A program made the translations under genes and the position numbers. From positions 373,430-437,429 of the forward strand of contig NW_003314322.1 of the NCBI RefSeq assembly GCF_000143415.4: a stretch of 64,000 nucleotides of DNA. Direction: 5' to 3'. The notes beneath the pieces are model-generated. The model did not search any database. It was not told the DNA's origin and was given only the letters and a program-made list of their open reading frames with translations. Below are positions 1 to 13,309 of the stretch, one piece after another (position 1 is the first letter of the stretch; each line of letters opens with the position of its first letter). The DNA is from Selaginella moellendorffii (lineage: Eukaryota; Plantae; Lycopodiophyta).

Positions 1-1401
1 TAAAAATGGGCATATCCTTGAAGAGTAGCATATCAGAAAGACATGGCTCTCCACTCTAGTTCATGCGTGAACTAGTAGGCAATGTAGTGGATAGAAAGGG
101 GCCAATAAGAGAATGACTTTGGGATTTTGGGAATAATAAAAAGTTTTTCTCAGAAAGTTAAGGATGTGTTCTATATAAATATTTGACCTAGCAAATTGGC
201 TAATATGGTTGTGGTAAATAACTATAGTTGGGATCATGGGAATTATGGAAACTTCTAGATGATAAAGGAGTTATAAAATTATCTTCATGTAATTGAGGAT
301 AGTGCTCAAGAATTTGAGACTAAAGTTGATGACTATAGGCAATCAAAGACGAATAAGGACATATGTCCTTGAAATAGTAGTTGGGGCTATCTTTAATAAA
401 GGTAAGAACAACCCAAGGAATTGGGGGGTGTACTCAAAGGATGAGTAGCCTATGTAGAACAAAGGATAATCAAAGGTCAGAGTAACTTTTGCAAATATAA
501 TCTTTGTGAATAGGATGTGAGTACAAGAAGTTGGATTCAATAGTGGTAGAACCTCAAAAGTAGCTAAGAAGCTAGAACCTTATAGGACATTGGATTAACA
601 AGTCCAAAATCTAAATGATTTAATAGAGTCAAGGGATGGTTCCAAAAGCTTGGAGGGATTCCATTTAAATGGAAGTGTGTTATACCCTACGAAGGACTAA
701 AAGGATCATGAGATCCAAATATGAGAATAGTGGGCATTTCATTGATGGTAGAACATGCCATACTAAAGTTATAGAAGGGTGTTCACAAAAGAAAAATGGC
801 AAATAATTATGTGTGAACACTTTGTTAAAGTGCTAATGGATAGTTGGCATAAGAAATGATTACTATTTCTTAACAAAGACTTAGACACAAGTGGGAAGTG
901 TCATGAGGGTAGGCTCATAGAGCCGATGGTAAAGATACACCAAATGTTCCAAAGTGTGATGCTTTGAGGTCAAGTTAGTTGGTTCACAATAACCTCTTGC
1001 CAAAGGAATCCCAATAGAAATGGGGTTGGCATAGCCTAAGTTGGAAGGTAGGTGATTCTAGTGCGTTGATCCAAATAATAATAAAGGTGTGGAAGCACCA
1101 GCAATGAGTTATAGGACTTGACGACTATAAGGCAACTAAATAAAATATATGATATAATTGATTGGATTAGTGAAAATTAAATTCTCAAGACTTCTTATTG
1201 GGATAAGAAGGTTAGATATATCCCTTAGAGGATAAATTACTTACATTATGATATAGTAATCAATGTCGTAACAGGGAAATGCTCATTGTTAAAGAAGGCC
1301 ATCATTGGGGATATATAGACCCTTTAAAACACTATGAAGTGGTGTTACTATCAGCAGGGACTTAGATAAGGTTCAGGGACTAAGTCCCTAGTAAAAATGG
1401 C

Positions 1402-1783
1402 NNNNNNNNNNNNNNNNNNNNNNNNNNNNNNNNNNNNNNNNNNNNNNNNNNNNNNNNNNNNNNNNNNNNNNNNNNNNNNNNNNNNNNNNNNNNNNNNNNN
1501 NNNNNNNNNNNNNNNNNNNNNNNNNNNNNNNNNNNNNNNNNNNNNNNNNNNNNNNNNNNNNNNNNNNNNNNNNNNNNNNNNNNNNNNNNNNNNNNNNNNN
1601 NNNNNNNNNNNNNNNNNNNNNNNNNNNNNNNNNNNNNNNNNNNNNNNNNNNNNNNNNNNNNNNNNNNNNNNNNNNNNNNNNNNNNNNNNNNNNNNNNNNN
1701 NNNNNNNNNNNNNNNNNNNNNNNNNNNNNNNNNNNNNNNNNNNNNNNNNNNNNNNNNNNNNNNNNNNNNNNNNNNNNNNNNNN
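1402..1783. other. Assembly gap (382 N)
   Basis: N run; the flanks map to about 44968 and 45409 of the intact A copy. Confidence 0.99.
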
Positions 1784-2403
1784 AAGATAAAAATTTCCAT
1801 AGTACATTATATGGCAATTAAAAAGCTTGTGAAAAGAGAAGCCTTAGTGAGTTATGGGACAACAATCCCTTCAAGGCTCCCAAAGGCAATTTTAGGTAGG
1901 TTAGTACCTAAAAAGACAAGTGTAAATGATTCATAGGAACATGCAAAATCAGAATAGTGTAGCAAAAGTATGGTCTTGAAACTTGCCATGAGGCAACGCT
2001 ATCAAGGTTGAAGAATTAGCTCCCAAACATTCAAAGAGATGGCTTTGAATAAAAATCAATGTTTGAGGGCTTTCATGCTTATGCATAAAACCATGGTATG
2101 CTAGTTAGGTGAATTATTAAGTGAGATTGGCAAGTCAAAGGAACGAAGACCCTAGTTGAAGGAGTTGATTTCAAAAGGGGTGGCCTATAGGGCCAAGCAT
2201 AAAGTCCATGCATAATAACAGGCTTGTTAAGTGAGAGGACTTGCAAGTTCAAAGGAACTAAGTTCTTAAGCTGTGATCTATAGTGCATATTAAGTATAAT
2301 TTGGTGCACTAGCATGGGGAGTCACACCAAGCATCTTTAGTGATGCCACCCGTAGATACATATGTCGAGGTTGGGTTCAAGTTTTAATTCTCTAATGCTT
2401 GGG

Positions 2404-2553
2404 TGTAAGCTCCTGAATTAGGGCCCATGAACAAGAATGCACCCCTTTTTCCAATTGGTTAAGGGTTTTGGGATATTTGGGGTTAAACATCCTTGGGTTT
2501 GAATAATACTGGGCTAGGTAACCTCCCAGGAAGTCTAAATTCAGGAGCTTACA
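2404..2553 (+). mobile_element. 150-bp TRIM-LTR-derived mini-element with 16-bp perfect terminal inverted repeats
   Basis: TGTAAGCTCCTGAATT...AATTCAGGAGCTTACA; flanks TTGGG/TTAGG (near-TSD); absent from the A copy at ~46025; body matches the reverse complement of 26533-26665. Confidence 0.8.
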
Positions 2554-3852
2554 TTAGGCTCAAGTCCCAACTCACTAATGATAAATTGGAATATGAAAAC
2601 ACTCTTTTTTGATGGTTGTAGACTCTCAGTAAGGAGGCTGGCTTGGGCACACTGCTAAACGGGGGATGTCCTAGAGTCATGATGCATGATTAGATTGCAT
2701 AGTAAAAAAGCTCGACATATCTAACTTGAACACTTTGATGTAAGTGGCACCAAGGATGTGGTGAATAAGATGGAGACACCCAAATTTAGTTGTTATGGAC
2801 CTTTGGCCAAAAGGGTTGGCTTGGGCAAATTGCCAAGGGTGGGGGATGCCCTAGAGTTGTGGTCAACAAGTTAGAGTTTAGTAAACTTAACCCTTATTGG
2901 TAAAAACCCATTAAGCTATTTATATAGGATTACTAAGTGATTTCATAGTTGATAATCAAGGATAAACTCCTTAGTGGTTAAAGAATGGTGTTCTTAGTTG
3001 AAAGTAATGATTTGAACAAATGATATAGTGTGACTTGGTCAAGGTGACTAAGTGGGAAGGACAGCTAAGGGAAATGTGTTGTAGTAATGCAATGGCATTG
3101 TGAGTTCAAGAAAGTAGTTTCTAAGGACCCATAGGAGGGTCACAACGTTGAGCCATGAATAGAGCACACAATAGAAAATGCTAGGGAGACTTACTAAGGT
3201 GAACATCCCCTAGACTTGGCAAACCAAAACCTTTACTATGGAATTGAAAGGATACCTTATGGGAAGTAGTGATTTTATATTTTTTGGTGCAACAATTAAA
3301 GGATAGGAGCAAAATACTAATGGTCGAGCATGGGTCATAGAAATCATTGAAAGGAATCCAAATGATTATTCAAGCAAAGAACCACTAGATGGTAGATGCT
3401 AACAGATTGTGGGAAAGGAAATATATTTTTAAGAATGGATTTCTCTAATGCTTTAATGTGGCAAAAGTGAAAACTCCAAGAGATGGAGCAGCAAAGTAAC
3501 CAAATAATAATGCCATGAACAGCTCTAACAAAAATTATGGATAAATGGAACTTAGTGCCTAGGGTGGTACAAAATAAAAGAAAGAATGATGGTGCCCTCT
3601 AGTGAAGAACTTCTTAGAATGGGGAAGTGGAGTTTGCACAACATGTGTAATGTAAGGTGTCAAAGACACATAGAAGATTAACTCAAGAAGTCAATATAAA
3701 AGTTCCAAAGTATGATGGTTATATTGGCAAAGGCCAAGATTACTCTAGAATGAGTAGTAAAATTGAAATAGAGAAAGTATCTTTAATGGGTTTAGCACAA
3801 ACTAAACGAACAAAGGTAGAGAACTACCACTAGTGATCTAATGAGACTCCTA

Positions 3853-4836
3853 AACTCTATTTGGCTTTGTTATGCATGTTTGTTCTGGCATTGGGATATT
3901 GGAAGTTTTAGGACTGTTCCACCGTTGCTTTGTGCTTCTGTCCCTTTGCTATATTCTCAAGAGTTGGACTCCTTTCTATACCTTCATTCTGTGGCCCAAA
4001 GCCCTAAACTCAGATTCCGCCCTACTGCCCTTAGCCCACATGTGCAAGGGTTAAACTTCCCACTCCATGGTTATCTTATGGTAAACCATCATAGGGTAAA
4101 GGGTGAAAACCTGGTATCAAATGATAAGTGTTAGTGAGTATTATTAATTTGGGCAACTAATCTCATTGTATACCTAGAGATAAAAACGATGATCCAAATG
4201 GGTACACATTTGGGTGTTATGGCTTCACATATGTCCTTTGGTTATGGATTTTAGTTACCTTTTTATACTAGATTATATAAGCTTTCATTTGGGCTCATAA
4301 AATGATGTGAGATATTCCATTTGCACGAGTTTGTGCTTCGGCTAATGAGTGATGCACATTAGCAACTCAAGGTTAAACTTTGAGTTAGTAAGATTAATAT
4401 TAGCTTATCGGTGGTTACCATGAATTGTTCCATATTACTATGGGTAAAAGTAAACCTTCTTTGTGTTGCTATGAGTGGCAAATAAGTGAGTCTTTAACTA
4501 CTTAGCACGGCACTAGTGGATCCTTTCTAAGCATAAATGTAAGTGAGTTAATCAAAACAGAAGGGATTAGTCTATTAGTTCAAGCAGTCATTGCTATACT
4601 CTTTTAGACACTTTTCTTGGATTGGACTGAAGGTCGAGTGCACAAGTTTAAGGTTTAGTCAACTTTAGACCAAAAAGAGAGTCATCAAGGACAAAGGATT
4701 AAATACATAAATCATTTTCTCTACTTTGGGAGATGATTTACAATGAAGTGTCATCTCATTGCTGGTGTTCACATCATGCAATCAAAAGCCCTTACCTTGA
4801 TGCATGTTTCGGGAGTCGAGTCTTCAGGAGAGGGGA
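3853..4836 (+). mobile_element. Family C element remnant: partial LTR, PBS-like site (4112), ~0.72-kb non-coding internal domain and PPT (4826-4836)
   Basis: Homologous to 39075-40163; tggtatcaaatg at 4113; aggagagggga directly before TGTAGAGGGTTCC. Confidence 0.75.
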
Positions 4837-5230
4837 TGTAGAGGGTTCCAAAAGTACAGTGGGGATAGTGAGGTTACGGATCTAGTCTTGAAAAAACTCT
4901 ATAGTGGTGTTTCCAAACCAAATTGAGGTTGGGACTGGGGGTTATTGTCCTTGGGTGGGAATGAGCATGGACTCAGAGGGTGACAAATAAGCCTCCTAAA
5001 GAAGTGCTCAAAGGCAACTCCCATTCCTAGAGGGAAACCAACTGTAGTGCTCCTGGCTCAAGTGGAGTGTGCCCCACTTGAGTACCATGCAGCTCATTGG
5101 TCCTCACTCGGGCTTGGACCTTCCTTTTGGATGGAGGTGGGAGAGTCAGGGTACCCATACTAAGCCATTAAGCCACAATGTTTCCCCCACAGTAAGACAT
5201 GCAAATGCTTGGGATATCCAAGCATAGCCA
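4837..5230 (+). mobile_element. Family B-type LTR segment beginning exactly at the conserved core
   Basis: Matches the reverse complement of ~15540-15930 and ~20140-20530 (gaagtgctcaaaggcaactcccattcc, agggaaaccaactgtagtgctcc). Confidence 0.75.
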
Positions 5231-5986
5231 TTCACTTTAGGGAAGCAGATATTTGGTGCTCCCAAATCAATAAGTATTCTTAAGTGGCAGTGGCATTGAT
5301 CTCAACTTGTCAATGATCAGAAGTCATTGCTACCTAGGAATCAGATGCAACTCACATGGAGAATGCATTTATCAAGTCCTCAATGATACTTTGCTGTGCA
5401 ATTCTCATTTAACCATCATGGAGCTAAGATTTAATACACACTGTTTAAGAACATCATAACCAGGTGATGCCTGGCGGTTAGCAGCCGTGAACAGGTTGTT
5501 CCTGCTTTAAAATCCTTCCCTGCACATGTCAGCAACCAGGAAAAAAATTAGCACCTTAGATCAGATTGATTCCCTCGTCCACTCCATTTTTGAGCAAGCA
5601 GATAGCAAACCGGTTAATCCCACGTGCTGCTTGGCAATGGCTGGCCGTGAGCGAGCATGCTCGATTTGAGACTCAAATATAGACCTGATTCTGGTATGCT
5701 TGGTTTGAAAAGGGTTTTTTTTTTTTTTATCCATGCTTTTTTTGTTACATTCCAGTGGCACGACTTCTCTAGAACAAATACTCGGAGATAGTGCCTTTCT
5801 CCTCACTCTTGTGCTATTAAAATGTCTTAGGTGATCCTCCAGACATTTTATCTGCACTACATTATGAAGAAGACATGACATAAGCATTACAGGGACCAAT
5901 GGGAAGGCGGATATACGTTTTCTTGCTTTGCAGAATGAATTTCTCTTAAAAATTTCCTTCTAGGTTCAACATTCACTTCTTGGCAG

Positions 5987-7860
5987 ATGGCAGAAACTAG
6001 GGCCATTCCTCCTCACTGTGAAGACCCTTCGCTTGTGATCTCCTACCCAGCACACAGAGGCGGGAGAATGCATTTTTCTGGAGTTTCCTCAATATGCTTT
6101 CGGCCTTACATGAAGCACCTAGTATCTGGAGGTGCAGACGGCAACGTTTTAATGTGGGGACTTCAATCGTGTCATGAATCTCGAAGGCAAATACGCAGGC
6201 CATACTGCTTACAAGGACACAAGGTCAGTTATTAAAACAGGGAATGTCAAGTAAAAACAGGAAATGTTTGGCAGGCTCCCGTATGTTCTGTAGCGGTCTC
6301 TCCTCTAGACACAGTTGTTGCTTCCGGATCTAAGGATAAGACTGTGCGCTTATGGATTCCAAGAGTGTATACAGTATTTACATCTTTGAATATATATAAA
6401 GTAACTTTCATGTTCCAGGTATGCAAAATCCACTGTTATTAAGGGACACTCCGGAACTGTTAGATCAATAGCCTTCAATCCAAGTGGAGAATACCTTTTA
6501 AGTGCCTCGGATGATAAATGCATGAAGGTATTCTTTAGCTTCTGTTTTTGGCTTCTTTGTTTCGTCTTGTGAACCATTGAAAGGTCTGGGATGTGGAGAC
6601 GGAAAAATTTGCATTTGCTTTACTAGGGCATCTGAACTGGGTTAGGTCTGCAGAGTTCAACAATGATGGCAGGTTAAGTAGTCACTGGTGTAAATTTATC
6701 ATCAGTTTCTCTTAGATCAATTGTGTCAGGATCTGATGACAGAACTATTCGGCTCTGGGATGTTGAAAGCCGTCAGTGTATTCACCAGTATATAGACATA
6801 CTCGGGTACGAAAATCTGTAGATCAAGCAAAGAATGTTATTCACTTTGACAAATGAAGGATGGTGCGGTCAGCTAGGTTTCACCCCGAAGGCAAGTGCAT
6901 TGCAAGTTGCGGAACTGACGAATGCATTCAGGTGTCCACGAAACGTTGGAAATGTTGACGTACTAATATGCCTCAAATGTAGCAGATTTGGGATACTAGA
7001 AGCAAAAGATTGGTTCAACATTACGCTGCTGACACAGGAACTGTAAACACAGTGTCCTTCCATCCCTCTGGCGATTACCTTCTCTCAACATGTGATGATG
7101 GTGGACTAAGGGTAACAACTCTATGGCTTTGGTTACTGTAAATTAACAATTGCAGCAGCTTTGGGATTTAAGAGAAGGCCAGCTTTTGTATATGTTGAAG
7201 GGTCATGAAGGATCTACGAATTGCGCTGAATTTTGCAAATCGGGTGACTTTTTTGCATCAGGAAGCGCTGATGAGCAGGTAATGAATTTCAAAACGTGAA
7301 GGCTTATAATTAGTAACAGGTAGTTATCTGGAGAAGTAACTTTACTGCTTCTCGTGGCCTATATCCCGGTACGGTTGTTTTTGGGGAGTATATAACCTAG
7401 TTTGATTTACAGGGATTCTAGCTAGTGCTTTACACGAGGATGATGCAGCAACTACCATAACTTACCCTAATTTTGAGAAATCTGAACGGGAATCTCAAAC
7501 TAACACTAACGAGAAGAAAGAAAACTTAAAAAAGGAAGAGGTAATTATAATAATGTAGACATGTGGAGCTGACATAACATTTTAATAGACCGAGAAACCA
7601 TCAACTGATGTTTTAAAGCCAGGAGAAGAAGATTACGAAAAGGCATTTCAGGCATGTAACATTTAATATTCTACTTGCATTTAAATAATGGTTATTTAGG
7701 CAGTTGTGACCCAATTGAATAGTTTGACTAAGGCCGTTACTTTGTTAGAGAAGCGTTTACAGGGAAAGAGAGGTATGCCTATTTTTCTTAGAGAAGTCGA
7801 TCTTATGCTTCACGTTTGGCTTAAAAAGATCTGAAGCATACACTGGTAATGAGGTATTAA
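5987..7860 (+). CDS. POC1: POC1 centriolar protein (7 WD40 repeats plus C-terminal Poc1 coiled coil), at least 12 exons
   Basis: Spliced translation EDPSL..GHK/APVCSVAVSP..ASGSKDKTVRLWIP/KSTVIKGHSGTVRSIAF..SASDDK/HLNWVRSAEF/SGSDDRTIRLWD/FHPEGKCIAS/VSFHPSGDYLL/DLREGQLLYMLKGH..FASGSADEQ/VVIWRSNF and VTQLNSLTKAVTLLEKRL. GT-AG introns 6224-6274, 6367-6418, 6528-6583, 6673-6715, 6806-6858, 6932-6985, 7112-7158, 7279-7319, 7369-7412, 7541-7588, ~7652/6-7699/7703. Exact stop uncertain. Confidence 0.9.
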
Positions 7861-10800
7861 TTGACATCTTCTGGGGCATAGGAACCGAGAAGACGTGATT
7901 GGACGCAGATGAGCTTGTCATCATGAGCACCAAGCTTGAAATACTTGCCTATGATGTGCAGTTCTCAAGATTCTAAACAGCCATTGCCGGTTGATGTTGG
8001 TGAGCATGATTTGAGATTGGAATCTTTTGGAAGTGTCTACATCCTCGTATATGAGCATGTAAATTGGCATTTTGCCACGCTCACAGCCAAGTTCGATATC
8101 GTAGGACTAGAAACGCAGAAGCAGCTAGATATCCTTGCCCAGTTCTGCGATCAAATTCAACCTCCCACTCCTCCCAATACTGTCCTATGGACGTGGTCGG
8201 AATGATGCGCCCCAGCCCCATCAACTACATTCTTCACCACTAAGAGACCTTGGAAAGCTGGCTACTGGTGAGCCTGAGTAAAGCCAAAATCTTCCGCTGG
8301 GACTAGGAGCTTGCAATACACATACCACCAACACCTCATCTATATGGATCCCGTCATGGGCGCCCAGACAAAACAAGAAGGGAGGTCACAATCAACAATT
8401 TTGTTTTCCTCAGTCCAGGACCGCATCTCCTTTGGACTCTTGTGTATGGACATGAATCTCCCACTGGGATTCACGCGTGGAGGGAAACACTCCAGTTCAT
8501 CTTCAGGGTGATGAACACCACGTTGCAGAGATGTGGGAGCGTCGTTGTCCGTATTGACGTTTTGGAGCCCCTTGGGAGAAAAAGATATAGAATCTCTTGG
8601 ACGGCGTTTCTAGAGGCGTGTAATAGCCATAGAAGAAATGTGAGCGTGGATGTGGAGCACATAGTTGGGAGTACTTAGTTTGTATATCATTGTTGGAGGC
8701 TGACTTCGTCCCCCATACCATGGACATAACCATGTAGGGACTCCATGTTGTTAGAGGTGCTGTTGGATTTAGACCATCCTTTAGATCATAATTGACATTC
8801 CCAATTGTTTCCCAATGGAAATATATGCTAGCTTGCAACTGGAGTGACTAGCCTTATGTGGACCAATGGAAGGGCATGGATTAACTTATTTCCTATTGCA
8901 CAGTTCAAATTTGTTTGATGAGGTGTCTGTGGTTGAATGGAGTTCATCTACGCTCGAAATGGCCTTCTACCACATCGACCTTCACTTTCGACACAATGGC
9001 GGAAAAGCCTAGGTGCTTGTTAGCATTTGACAGGACCATTTTTAGATCTGCATGTATTTTTCTCTTCTTTGTTGAAAACTGCCATAAGATTAATATGGTT
9101 TCACCTATAAATGATAAAAACTAAGGCACAAAACTGCATTTACCCTCTCATAGTAACTACTGTCCACGATTTGATGGCCAAATTTATATGATGTATTAAT
9201 CACAAAATTTAAAATTCTATTAGCATCATTTACCAGTTGAGTGGCAATCAGCACAAAAATCAAACCCTTGAACACAGCAGTGTGTTCCTGATCTTGAATG
9301 AAACTCATGTTTTCTTGATGAAAAAATAAGAGAATCAATTATGCATAGAAAGAGTGTGGGGAGAGGCTAGCTTCCTGTACGTAATGCCCTATGTTAAACT
9401 CAAGGAAGTGGCATGTTTGTGCACTATTTAAACTTTCTTTAGCTAAAACTACAAACTCCCTAAGCAGCAACTTATAATATATTCTATGATGTTCAAGGCG
9501 TGAATCCTGTGTAGAATGGATGAGTGGCATAATAATATCCCCTCAATAGTTGCATGAGAAGCAAGCAGAAAGTAATCGTTCCAATTGATCTGTTTCATTT
9601 CTTATTTCTTTTTCGTTTCACTTCCTTTTTCTTTTTATTTCTTAAAGCTATTAACATACTTTCCTTTGTACAGGTTATTACAGTTTCTTGAGCACTGCCT
9701 TTTGAGAGGCTAGAGATGTCTAGAGAAGCATTCATAAACTTCATACCAGAAGCTGTGAAAAAAAGCTTCTCAAAACCTTACTTCGAAGACCCTTCCACGC
9801 TCCCAGTCCAGTTGTAGCAAGTGCCCGGGCACCTTTGCTCATCAGCCAAATCCATGATGGCTTTGAAACAGAAGGAATGATTTGAGTGTGCTGCTCCACG
9901 TGAATCAAAGAAAAAACAAAACACTAGAAAGACCATATGATGATGCTCGCCAGGTTGCCATTTTTTGTTGAAAGAAACGAGTCTGGAAGCCAGTTAATGT
10001 CAGTCAAACCTTTAAATTGATCGCATCCACTGCTAGTGCCTCGTTTTTCTTGGCTCAACGAGGATGCCCACTGCAGTCCTTACATCCTTATTGCTCACAG
10101 TGGAGAAGCTAGGGAATAACTGAGGTTCTTCGAACGAACCACTGACTCGCGTTGCCGTTGCAAAGATCGTGGTGGAGAAGGGTTGATAATGGAGGAAGCC
10201 TATCAAGTTCAGTTGACACGTTCCAGGGCGTGGATGCAGCTATTGCAATCTTTTGGCTAGATTTTATCAGACTATGGGCAATATTGCAGGGGAAAGAATT
10301 CGTCTTTGGTTAACGTGGAGGTTATTCTTGCATTGGAACGGAGCCTTCCTCCTCAATAAGTAGCTGTGTTTTTTATTGCGGAAGTAAACAGATATACTTG
10401 CACAGGAATTTTCCTTCATCAAAACTCCTGAAGTTCTTTTTAAGAGCTAGATTGTAACATTCAGTCAATTTCATTGTATTCATTTTCTACTCAATGGTGT
10501 AAAGCTTGCAGCACTCTCTCATATCCTGCACTAAAAGTCATGGAGCAACTAATACAAGAAGATTATAACCAGGTGCTTGGAAGACCTAGCAACAGTGAAT
10601 GTCATTTGCTAATTCGTGAAGGTTGTCCCTGCTTGAGTAAGCACACCATTCCCAGAAACTGGCATTTTAAAGTTTTGACACATTTGGAAGTGGATGTAGC
10701 GCTAGTTGTATTACTCTTTTTTTAATCCTTTTGTAATTTAGAGTTTCTCTTTTTCGCATACAGGTTTCTTTGCTTGTGTCCATGAATGGAGAGTTGGTCC

Positions 10801-13209
10801 CTGTTACACCGCTACAACGTGGCCAACTAGAAAAATTTACCAAAATGGCAATAGTAATAAAAGCGCCCCAGATATCTGTCCGCTCAAGCTTTTGATTGAC
10901 TGTGATGTGGTAGAGAGCTATACAAATCAATCATATTCTCATGGCAAGTGTCAAACATGCTAACATTGGAAACTAGGAGAGAAAGAAATAATGCAATCTA
11001 AGCTTACCCACATAAAAACAAAAAAACAAAAAAAAACCTACAGGGCTTACCTCAATGATGCTTTCACTAGAGTTGAAGAGAAGTTCTCAATTGCAAAAAA
11101 ACTGTGAGGAGGCAGGAGCAAGGAATTCTAGACAAATCTAGAGTTAATCACTTCTCAAGACTGTCCAAGATTTCTGGAAAAGATTGAAATGGTTAGACAA
11201 GAAACCAAGCGAATAACTTATAATAACTTATAAGATGGCGATAGATCGAGCATAATTGGAAGAAGTGCCACTTGTTTCAAGCAGCTTGATCAAAGCAATC
11301 TGCTCCTCTAGGATCTGCTGTGCCAGATCAAAATCCCAGCTGTGAGAAAGATGGATCATACCTTGGATTGCTCCAACGCCTCCAATATATTCATTAGAAA
11401 ACCCTTACTCCTCCCCTTGCTTTGGAAAATTCAAATGAACAAGCTAGTATCTAATTCCTGGAAAAAATTTAAAAGGGTATACTTGTCTTTTTCATGTATA
11501 CTTGTTTATTCCAATTTAGTGAGTTTGGGGACAAATTCCCTCCCCTTGAAATACTCGAGAGATCACTCCCTTACCCGGTGTTAATCTCAACGAAACCGTG
11601 TTAATCTCACACAAGGTGGTGTTAATCTTGCTGGAGGCAGTGTTATAATGTTTTTAGGTGGTTCTTTAGCCGAGAATTGAAGTCCAAATACCTCTTTCTC
11701 CCTTGAAATCTCTCACTTTGCAGCTGGAATTGCCAGGGTTTGTGAGGAAGTGGATGATGTAGGTAACATGTGGACCAATGGGAGGCAAAGTTGCATTTTA
11801 ACTTTATATCTAGCCTGTTAACAAGCAGATAACTATGCCCTATTTCTTCAAGTACGGAACCCACAACTGTAGAAAATGACTAAATTTTGACTCATCTAAT
11901 TGCAAGTTGCTGATACAACCCAGGTGAACCAATGCCAAAACCCCATCCCAGAACAAAATTGAAGGTAAGAAACAAAGACAATGAAAGAATACTACTTCCA
12001 TTCAAACATCAAAAGTACAAGAATCTGAAGTAACTCTCCATTCTCAACCACTTGAGCTTTTTTTTCTGACAATGTTTTATTTTCAAATTTCTGCAAAACG
12101 TTGACATAGATCACCTGGTTAGCAAAAACCTTGTCAAGGTGCATGCCAAAAATTAAAATCCACGTCACATCTATGGGAAATTCTGGACTCGCAGTTAATA
12201 AAGATTTTTTTCCTTCTACACCAGGCAAAGTAGGAAATTATCTTACTTTTATTGATCTGAGTGAGAAATATTCTGAATGTTTCATGTTTGAGGCTATAGT
12301 CATATGGCAACACATTTGTGGCAACAGGTTTGACATGAGTCACAAGTCAATTCAGAGTCAATTTTGAGTAAAAAGCGAGTCAATTGGGAGTCACAATGGA
12401 GTGGATTTGGATTGACATTTGTGACTCCCCTGCAAAACGACTGAAAATTCACTTGCATAAACACTTTATAACCATTTTATTAATGCAAACAATGTCACTT
12501 CACTCTGACGACCACTACATACACCACTGAAGTGAGGATTTCCCACTATTGAGCAGAAATTGCTTGGTAGCCAGACTGCCACATCATTGAAAAGAAGTGC
12601 AACATTACTTGGATGGTTCTTCAATTAGGTAGACTCTTTGAAGGAAAGAAGGCAAAGAAAGCTCAACCTTGGAGCTGTCTTCTTTGTGTAGTCTGAGTGA
12701 CAATTATACAAAGTCAACACTAAACTATTTATAAGCCATTGAATTATTATGGCAGTAGCATTGTCTTGTGTTTGTAACCTGATTGTGCTAGGGTTATATG
12801 GCATTACCTTGTAGCCATTCACTGTAAACACAAGTGCTATGTGTTTCATAACCATCTACTGAGCTATTTTCCACAAGTAACCCAGATTGGCTAGTGTGGT
12901 AGTTGGTATAAATGTTGTGTTTGTTAGTCTTTGCAACACTCATTTTGTTTTGTTGATTATTGCTATAGTTAGTTCTGATAGATTAGGATGTTATTTTCTT
13001 TGGGTGATACATGTGTATTTTGTTTGTTAGTCAATGATATTTAGTGTTCTTTGAATTATCTTACATAAGTTGTTTAGTATATTATCTGCAATCTTTGATA
13101 ATTAAGTTTTATCATTGAGTTTTCTTGATGATACACTAGCTATTGATTTTGTTCAATGATTTTCCAATTCTGATGATCTTGATGATTCCTATAGCAGTTA
13201 GTGCTGGTC

Positions 13210-13309
13210 NNNNNNNNNNNNNNNNNNNNNNNNNNNNNNNNNNNNNNNNNNNNNNNNNNNNNNNNNNNNNNNNNNNNNNNNNNNNNNNNNNNNNNNNNNN
13301 NNNNNNNNN
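13210..13309. other. Assembly gap (100 N)
   Basis: N run. Confidence 0.99.

Larger units (their letters stand above)
1..3852 (+). mobile_element. Decayed copy of the family A (LARD-like) internal domain, truncated by the window start, with an N gap and a 150-bp insertion
   Basis: Collinear with 43530-47330 (e.g. 41-130 vs 43570-43660; ttactaaggtgaacatccc vs ttactaggggtgaacaccc), with many C>T/G>A changes and no long ORF. Confidence 0.85.

Noticed and set aside
1351-1936. ORFs spanning N runs (also 13143-13416)
   Set aside because: Artefacts of assembly gaps
9500-13200. Possible spliced gene fragments and short motif clusters (gtgttaatct x3 at 11578-11630; gagtca cluster at 12335-12430)
   Set aside because: No recognisable protein or element termini, so the evidence is too weak to call
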